The translations under genes were made by a program, and so were the position numbers. Shown here in pieces: positions 58,101-64,000 of a stretch of 64,000 nucleotides of DNA. Below the pieces are notes generated by a model. It was not told the DNA's origin. It saw only the letters and a program-made list of their open reading frames with translations, and made no database searches. Position 1 is the stretch's first letter; each line of letters begins with the position of its first letter. Source of the stretch: Candidatus Falkowbacteria bacterium (GTDB lineage Bacteria; Patescibacteriota; Patescibacteriia; UBA11705; JACRDX01); NCBI GenBank assembly GCA_043798985.1, contig JAZDOE010000002.1, positions 22,500 through 86,499 on the forward strand, read 5' to 3'.

Positions 58101-59942
58101 TTACAAACCGCAACCAGCAACTAACTCTGGTTTGCAAATACCGGTTTTTGGATCAGGACAGCATGATGCCGTAGTGTTCAAGCAGTTCGGACCTTTACAC
58201 GGCCGATAACAATTTTGCAATAAATCGCGCACTCCACTTGTGACGATAGAATAATATTTAAATGCCGGCGTTTTTTCCGGAGCTTTATCAAAGTCTCCGT
58301 GCTGAATGTTAATCCTCGCGCTTGAAAGAACCTTATCTTGCTTTTCTCTATCTTCAATCTTCATTGAATACCACTTTTCCCACTTGTCACCTTTTAATAT
58401 TACATTGCCAAACAAACTGTCAGCGCTCATCGGTGAATCAAAGAAAATTGAAACAATGGCAGTCAAATCAACATTGCCCGCGTTAAGATTTGGAAAAACC
58501 TCGTCTATTATCGGCGGAAAGACATCAATTTCTCCGCTTGTGCTGAACAACCAATTATAATTATCAGCGGGCGGTCCTTCGCTCACGCCATTATGATTGC
58601 CATCCAAAGAATTTCCAGCGCCATCAACAATGCCCTTTGGTGGAAAAAGCGCCATTGGCGGCTCACTGGACAATTGGCCTGCCTTTATTGTCACGCCAAT
58701 TGTCGCGTCAGCTGGCAGACAATAAATTTTTTCGCCGCACGAATTTACTTTCACGCCCTCGCATTCTTTGTCCGTGATAAATTCAACGGTGCGAAATCCA
58801 TTTAACCCAACTTTAAAATTTCCAGAAATATATCCATTGTTGGTTTTCAAATAAATCTCATTATCAGCATCAGCGCCAGTGCCTCCGGCTGTCTGATGGA
58901 ACGGCGGAATAATCGCCTCGCTAAAATTCATCTGAATAATATGGTTGCGCGCCACTTTGTCCGGCCCAAGCGGGATAACGGATTTAACGTATGGCGGCGT
59001 CTGGTCAATGGTAGTTCCTGTTGTGAACATCCACGCGTAATCAGGCGATTTGCCCTCAAAAATTGTTTTTTTACTGCCATCTCTCAAAATGTTTTGCGTC
59101 AAATAAACAACATACGAAACATCTTCCGTAGAAGAACCAAGATATTTTTTCGGATCTTCCGGATTATATGGATTAAAAACAAAAATCTTGTGATCTTCGC
59201 TCACTGTCATAATACCGTCTTTTATCAATTTCTCATCGTCCTGCGGCCACTGATTTTTTTCCTGATCTTTAAGCAAATAAATCTTTATATTGTTGGAATT
59301 TAACCGACCGCAAATTGTTTTTTCCTCGCACTTTAAATTCGCGTCAGTTGTTAAAACAGAATTCGGATCAAATGCCGCGCCAAATCGCACCATAATATTC
59401 GTGTTCCGCGCAACGTCAGTCGCGTTGCGTCCGGGCCAATGATCAGCAACCACTTTTCCAAGCGCGCCGCCGCCCAATCCGCCGCCGCCAACATCCACCA
59501 CTGAACCTTCGATTGAAGAAACAATAGGAATGCCGTGCGTAATAGCCAGCAAACGACTCAAAATAAAACTCACGATTGAATACGAAAAGAAAATAATCAG
59601 TAAACCAATTACTCCGTTTGTCAGCCATTTTTTCGCCTTGCCAACTTTAGTCGGATCACCGCCAGATGTCATCCACAAATAGCCCGCGTACAAAACAATA
59701 CAAAGCGCGATCAGCCCGATAAAACCCAACGCAATGCGAATAAGTTTCGCGATAATCACACGAATGTCTCCGGTTGGCAAACCTGTTTGCTCCTGAATCG
59801 GCTGAATATCTGTTGTCATGTCAATTTGCGCGGCAGCAATGAAAGGTATTAAAAAAACAGCTGCCGCGCCAAAAACAAACAACGCTGAGACAGCTGTCTT
59901 TTTATTAAAAAACCTTTTGATTGTTTTTTGTTTGGGAAGCAT
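58101..59942 (-). CDS. surface protein (613 aa) with the same N-terminal double-TM pilin-like module and Gly-rich linker
   Basis: alignment of residues about 60-140 with the 2206-aa protein N-terminus (IIAKLIRIALGFIGL...LYAGYLWM..GGDP..K..KAKK.LT..VIGL). Confidence 0.7.
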   Translation of the reverse strand: MLPKQKTIKRFFNKKTAVSALFVFGAAAVFLIPFIAAAQIDMTTDIQPIQEQTGLPTGDIRVIIAKLIRIALGFIGLIALCIVLYAGYLWMTSGGDPTKVGKAKKWLTNGVIGLLIIFFSYSIVSFILSRLLAITHGIPIVSSIEGSVVDVGGGGLGGGALGKVVADHWPGRNATDVARNTNIMVRFGAAFDPNSVLTTDANLKCEEKTICGRLNSNNIKIYLLKDQEKNQWPQDDEKLIKDGIMTVSEDHKIFVFNPYNPEDPKKYLGSSTEDVSYVVYLTQNILRDGSKKTIFEGKSPDYAWMFTTGTTIDQTPPYVKSVIPLGPDKVARNHIIQMNFSEAIIPPFHQTAGGTGADADNEIYLKTNNGYISGNFKVGLNGFRTVEFITDKECEGVKVNSCGEKIYCLPADATIGVTIKAGQLSSEPPMALFPPKGIVDGAGNSLDGNHNGVSEGPPADNYNWLFSTSGEIDVFPPIIDEVFPNLNAGNVDLTAIVSIFFDSPMSADSLFGNVILKGDKWEKWYSMKIEDREKQDKVLSSARINIQHGDFDKAPEKTPAFKYYSIVTSGVRDLLQNCYRPCKGPNCLNTTASCCPDPKTGICKPELVAGCGL

Positions 59943-59986
59943 GGGAACCCAACTTAAAAACTACCCTCAACCTACCCTGCTACAAG

Positions 59987-60436
59987 CTACAAGCTTTCTT
60001 TTATAATACCGCCGGCAACTTTGCCGTCAATTTGCCCGGGATATTTTAGCATTACTGTTTTCATGATAGCGCCGAAATTTTTGCGATCTTTTTCAGGCAT
60101 TTTAGCAATTGTCTCTACAATCTTTGCTTTCAATTCTTCCGCGCTGATTTGGCGCGGCAAATATTTTTCAATGATTGTTAATTCTGCTTTTTCCTTATCC
60201 GCCAAATCAGCGCGGTTATTTTGTTCAAAAATCTCAATTGATTCTTTGCGCTTTTTTGATTCGGTTTTAAAAACGGCCACAACTTCTTCGTCGCTCAATT
60301 GTTCCAGCGGTTTGATCATTTCAACCGCTTTGTTTTTCAGAGATGTTTTTAACATTCGCAAAACGCCAAGTTTCATTTCATCTTTAGCAATCATCGCGGC
60401 TTTCAAATCAATGTCTATTTGTTGTATTAGAGACAT
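59987..60436 (-). CDS. yqeY: GatB/YqeY domain protein
   Basis: YqeY pattern; conserved rpsU-yqeY gene pair. Confidence 0.8.
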   Translation of the reverse strand: MSLIQQIDIDLKAAMIAKDEMKLGVLRMLKTSLKNKAVEMIKPLEQLSDEEVVAVFKTESKKRKESIEIFEQNNRADLADKEKAELTIIEKYLPRQISAEELKAKIVETIAKMPEKDRKNFGAIMKTVMLKYPGQIDGKVAGGIIKESL

Positions 60437-60440
60437 AAAA

Positions 60441-60689
60441 TTATCTGCGTCTCTTTTTCTTTTTATCGTCCTCTTTCAAAAGACCCATTTTTTGCAGATG
60501 TTCTCTTTGCCCGGTAATCTTCATGCGATAAAGCGCGCTGGCGCGCCGCGCGTTGCGATTTTCACCCTTGCGCAAAAAGCGCACTTTTTTAAACTGCAAC
60601 AAAACGCCGCTCTGCATTATTCTTTTATTAAACCTGCGCAATAAAGATTCAAAGGTTTCGCTCCTTTTTTTCTTAACTTCCACTGGCAT
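60441..60689 (-). CDS. rpsU: 30S ribosomal protein S21
   Basis: S21-like pattern SLLRRFNKR..., basic tail. Confidence 0.75.
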   Translation of the reverse strand: MPVEVKKKRSETFESLLRRFNKRIMQSGVLLQFKKVRFLRKGENRNARRASALYRMKITGQREHLQKMGLLKEDDKKKKRRR

Positions 60690-60751
60690 ATTTTCTATCC
60701 CCTTTCTATATTTAAATTATAGCGAAAGTATACAAGAATCGCAACTATAAA

Positions 60752-62122
60752 TCAATATCTGGATTTTGAGCGCCGCGTATTTATCTCATGCAACTTTTTT
60801 CTAATGTCTATTTTCACTTTATCAAAATTAACAACTTCCTGCGCTCCGCTTTCAGCGTCGCGCAAAATAATCGTGTTTTCCATCATTTCTTTATGCGCCA
60901 AAATCAGAATTAATTTTGCTTCAACTTTTTTCGCGTGTTCAAGCTGGCTCTTTAAACTATTTCGCGTAAAATTCGCTTTGACCGAATAACCTTCTTTTCG
61001 CAAATCTTCAAAAAACACCATTGCTTTGCGTTTTGCTGTTTCTGCCAATTGCGCCAGATAAACATCTGTTCCCGGACGTTCTGGCGCCACAATTTTATTT
61101 TCGCGTAGCAAACGGATTACTTTTTCCGCGACCAAACTGATGCCAACAGCTGGAATAGACTCGCCGCCAAGCATTTGCACCAAATTGTCATGCCGCGATC
61201 CTTTTGCAAGCAACAAACTTTTTTTTGCGCCAGTCGCGCCAACGGCGGGACCAGCTTCATTGAATCTCATTTCAAAAATCGTGCGATTTTGATAATCAAA
61301 ATCTCTGATCAGCCAAGGGTTCAGTTGATACGGCACTTTCAAATCATCAAGCGCTTCAACAACTTTAAAATAGTGATCCTTGCATTCTTGGCACAGCCAA
61401 TCAACAACCTGCGGCGCGTCTTCTCTGATTTTTTGGCAACGCACGTTTTCGCATTCCAAAACATCAAAAATTCTGCGACCCAAATTATTTTTGCATTTCA
61501 CGCACAAGCCGGCTTTTTTCGGCCGATAATACGCTTGTAGCGCTTTTTCATAATTTTCAATACAATTCAGACAACCGCAACTGTTCAAAATAACGGTTGG
61601 TTCAGCGTTAATCCGCTTGAACAAATTGTAAAAAATAAAAATCAATTCAGCTTCCGTTGACCCTGCTTTATTGCCAAAAACTTCCAACGTAAATTCGTTT
61701 GCCTGACGCAAATTTCCAATATACTCATCCTCAACTCCGCGAAAAATCTTGCCAAAAGAAAAAACTTTCAAAATTGAATTCTGGTTTCCCAAATTATGTT
61801 CAATAAACGCGCGCGCCAATGCCGGAATGGTGTCTGGCTTCAAAATGAATTTTTCATTTTTTTGCAAAAAACTGGCGATTCCATTTGGCACCAATTTGTT
61901 GCCGCGCCCTAAAGTGTGTCCAAAAAGTTCAGGCCGCTCCATCATTGGCGTGTCAATATATTGAAACGTGTAGTCTTGCGCGATATCAAAAATATTGCGC
62001 AACAAGCCCATCCAAAATTTGTCTTCTGTTGGTAGCGCGTCCTTTGTCCCCTGAAACAATGCGGGCGTTTTAATTTGTTTAACGTGTTTTATTTCCAGTT
62101 CACTTTTTTTACGTCGAGGCAT
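60752..62122 (-). CDS. hisS: histidine--tRNA ligase (class II) with Cys-rich insertion
   Basis: class II motifs, KIFRGVE..Y.GNLRQ, GSRHDNL (GGRYD-like), C-terminal anticodon-binding domain. Confidence 0.75.
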   Translation of the reverse strand: MPRRKKSELEIKHVKQIKTPALFQGTKDALPTEDKFWMGLLRNIFDIAQDYTFQYIDTPMMERPELFGHTLGRGNKLVPNGIASFLQKNEKFILKPDTIPALARAFIEHNLGNQNSILKVFSFGKIFRGVEDEYIGNLRQANEFTLEVFGNKAGSTEAELIFIFYNLFKRINAEPTVILNSCGCLNCIENYEKALQAYYRPKKAGLCVKCKNNLGRRIFDVLECENVRCQKIREDAPQVVDWLCQECKDHYFKVVEALDDLKVPYQLNPWLIRDFDYQNRTIFEMRFNEAGPAVGATGAKKSLLLAKGSRHDNLVQMLGGESIPAVGISLVAEKVIRLLRENKIVAPERPGTDVYLAQLAETAKRKAMVFFEDLRKEGYSVKANFTRNSLKSQLEHAKKVEAKLILILAHKEMMENTIILRDAESGAQEVVNFDKVKIDIRKKLHEINTRRSKSRY

Positions 62123-62124
62123 AG

Positions 62125-62217
62125 ATTTGAAATTTCAAATGACAAATATCAAATAACAAATTTTGGATTTTGAACTTTGACATTGAATTGACATTTGACC
62201 TTTGGTATTTGACATTC
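62125..62217 (+). repeat. second copy of the TTGACAT direct-repeat element (see 6121-6232)
   Basis: shared TTTGACATTGAATTGACATTTGA and AAATGACAAATATCAAAT. Confidence 0.6.
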
Positions 62218-62814
62218 TTAAAAATTGTAATCAATTGTCCCAAATGTTGCCACTCTGTTGAACGGCCATCCGCGCACCCACGCTTTGCCGATTATAAGTT
62301 TTTGGTCAACCGGGCCGAACGAGCGCGAATCCAGCGAAAACTCACGGTTATCGCCCAAAACATAATATTCGTTTTCAGCCAACTGCCAACCATAATCGCC
62401 GTTTGTCCTGACGTCCGTTGGCAAATATTGCGTTTCATCCAATAAATATTTTTTCTCATCTTTATAAATATAAACATGCCCGTCTTTCACTTCAATTTTT
62501 TCGCCGGGCAAACCAACAATTCTTTTTATAAAATATTGTGACTGGTCCTTTGGATATTTGAAAACAACAATGTCGCCTCTCTGCGGATCATCAATGCGAT
62601 AACCTATTTCATTAATAATAAGGTACTCGTGGTCAAAAAAATTCGGTTCCATTGACGCGCCCTTAACGTAAAATGGCTGTATTAAAAAATAACGGACAGG
62701 AATAATTATTGCCAGCGAAATGCAGACAACTTTTACCATGTCCCAAACATTTATCAATATTTTTTTACGAACGCTGACGCTATTGTTTTGCGGATTTCCT
62801 GTATTCAATAACAT
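62218..62814 (-). CDS. lepB: signal peptidase I
   Basis: GASMEPNF and GDNREFSLDSR motifs; start moved to M43 of track ORF because the upstream extension reads through the GC-rich repeat. Confidence 0.85.
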   Translation of the reverse strand: MLLNTGNPQNNSVSVRKKILINVWDMVKVVCISLAIIIPVRYFLIQPFYVKGASMEPNFFDHEYLIINEIGYRIDDPQRGDIVVFKYPKDQSQYFIKRIVGLPGEKIEVKDGHVYIYKDEKKYLLDETQYLPTDVRTNGDYGWQLAENEYYVLGDNREFSLDSRSFGPVDQKLIIGKAWVRGWPFNRVATFGTIDYNF

Positions 62815-63060
62815 AAAAAAGTAAATTCTAAATAAGAAATCCGAAATACTAAACCCTCCATAGGCGGGCAGGCAAGCGCGAAGCACCCCGGCCTCGCCTC
62901 GGCTCGGCCGAGGGCGGGCGAAATCACAATGTTTCAACATTGGGACATTCTGATTTCTAATTTGCCTGCCTGCCGGTAGGCAGGTTTCGGATTTCGACTC
63001 GCCTCGCTGAAGCTATGGCGAAGCGGGTATTCGGATTTCGAATTTTTATTATCATAACAA
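62815..63060. repeat. composite repeat: AT-rich palindromic element (AAATCCGAAAT, AATGTTTCAACATTGG, TTTCGGATTTCG) carrying GC-rich modules related to the prfB/nrdD inserts and the GCCTGCCTGCCGGTAGGCAGG palindrome
   Basis: module-by-module comparison. Confidence 0.7.
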
Positions 63061-63675
63061 AATTTTTCAGAACAATCAAACATTCAACCTGTGCGCTAAA
63101 AATAATTCCGCCCATTTGTAGTCTATGGACGGAATTATCCAAATGAAGAGAGACTTCGCCGCGAACCCCGAAACCGAGCCGTAGTTATCATTAGCATTAT
63201 CAATCTCATTAGCGTCAAAGTTGACCTTGTTATCATTGAAGTTGAAATACGGCGCGCACGACCAAACACCAGCGGATCCGCAATAAATTGTCTTTGTCCA
63301 TCTATAATCACCAAACCGCGAGAATTAATTTCATCAAAGATAAACTATGCGCTCTTGGTTTTGAATTTTATCCGGCGGCACGCCACTAAATGGCGACCCG
63401 CGCCAGACAAAGACAAGCAGTATCTCTTCAAGAACAGCACGCTCTTGAAAGCCTCGCCCACTGCTGTGGCAATCTTAGCCGTCAAGACTCTGGCTGCATT
63501 TCTCTTGAACGAGAAGCTTCGGCGATTCCAATCGCGTGGACGGGAATGCATTAGCCTAAGCGGTATAATTTTAACATGCCATAAAAAAAGAGGCAATTCG
63601 CGTTGCGAATTGCCTGAAAAAAAGCAAAGATCAAGGAGTCAAAAGCACCAAGGGTTCAAGATGTCAAGGTGCAAA

Positions 63676-63987
63676 TTACTGCGCCGCGAACCCCGAAACC
63701 GAGCCGTAGTAAACATTAGCAGCATCAAGCCCATCAGCGCCAAAGTCGACCTCGCGACCATGGAAGTAGAAAGCCGGCGCGCACGACCAAACACCAGCGG
63801 AATTCGGATCAAACTCGTCGCCCGCGCAATCAATCCACAAGTCATTGCAATCCTGCAATCTCTCTGGATGCGTCAGCAGCATGATTCCCGTTGCGAACGC
63901 TCCCAGCCCGAACTCGTTGCAAGAAAACACTTCTCTTGCTCTGCGGACAGATTTGCCCCGATGCTGAATTCCGAACTGTGCCGCCAC
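63676..63987 (-). CDS. partial GC-rich ORF (may continue beyond the window); a degenerate duplicate of its 3' coding end lies at 63150-63300
   Basis: shared coding string SAGVWSCAP...YGSVSGFAA in two copies about 520 bp apart; first copy lacks a start. Confidence 0.3.
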   Translation of the reverse strand: MAAQFGIQHRGKSVRRAREVFSCNEFGLGAFATGIMLLTHPERLQDCNDLWIDCAGDEFDPNSAGVWSCAPAFYFHGREVDFGADGLDAANVYYGSVSGFAAQ

Positions 63988-64000
63988 AATCAGGATATCC

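Noticed and set aside
62815-62940. N-terminal 42-aa extension of the lepB ORF
   Set aside because: The extension reads through the GC-rich repeat (which rarely contains stops). A conserved signal-peptidase N-terminus starts at the internal ATG at 62814.
63345-63596. 83-aa ORF in the hairpin-rich spacer
   Set aside because: Basic, low-complexity translation of a GC-rich structured region, with no start context. Likely non-coding.
1-64000. CRISPR array, rRNA or tRNA genes
   Set aside because: No regularly spaced direct repeats with unique spacers, no rRNA-like conserved blocks, and no convincing tRNA structures were found by eye.

Overview
This 64 kb window has low GC (roughly 40-45%) and most genes lie on the minus strand. 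Gene content and architecture are consistent with a small-genome, anaerobic, Patescibacteria/CPR-like bacterium; this is inferred from content only, with no database check.

Housekeeping backbone:
- Cell wall and division: mraY, murD, ftsW, murA, ddl, ftsA, ftsZ, lepB, dgkA, htrA.
- Translation and RNA: miaB, rpmA, lysS, hisS, rpsU, yqeY, prfB, ksgA, ybeY.
- Anaerobic class III ribonucleotide reductase nrdD with its activase nrdG.

Notable content:
1. nrdD (1407 aa) carries two in-frame inteins, both with LAGLIDADG homing-endonuclease motifs. Its 3' end is broken by a GC-rich repeat, and the glycyl-radical motif (RVVGYL) sits in a separate downstream ORF in another frame.
2. Two accessory islets are bounded by direct repeats of housekeeping-gene ends.
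- A 318 bp, ~94% identical copy of the lysS 3' end brackets a 2.5 kb cargo of an rSAM-SPASM enzyme, a SplB-like radical SAM and a hypothetical protein.
- A 104 bp, ~99% identical copy of the ksgA 5' end brackets a 2.3 kb cargo of HicAB, a CYTH protein and a second SplB-like radical SAM.
3. Three giant secreted proteins (3383, 2206 and 613 aa). The last two share a conserved N-terminal double-transmembrane module of pilin-like topology.
4. A nested family of palindromic repeats is present. It combines AT-rich modules with GC-rich modules that are inserted in-frame into prfB and nrdD as well as in intergenic DNA.
5. Toxin-antitoxin modules (an orphan RelE/ParE toxin and a HicAB pair) and a phage-derived or defence-like accessory cluster (Bro-N/DinD, mini-SET, paralogous hypotheticals, NYN).
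6. GC-rich secreted cysteine-rich genes, and a GC-rich gene carrying an RNA polymerase alpha-CTD-like domain.

No CRISPR array, rRNA or tRNA could be supported. An ORF-free 650 bp GC-elevated segment (8330-8990) and a rod-like structured element at the window start are candidate ncRNAs of unknown identity.
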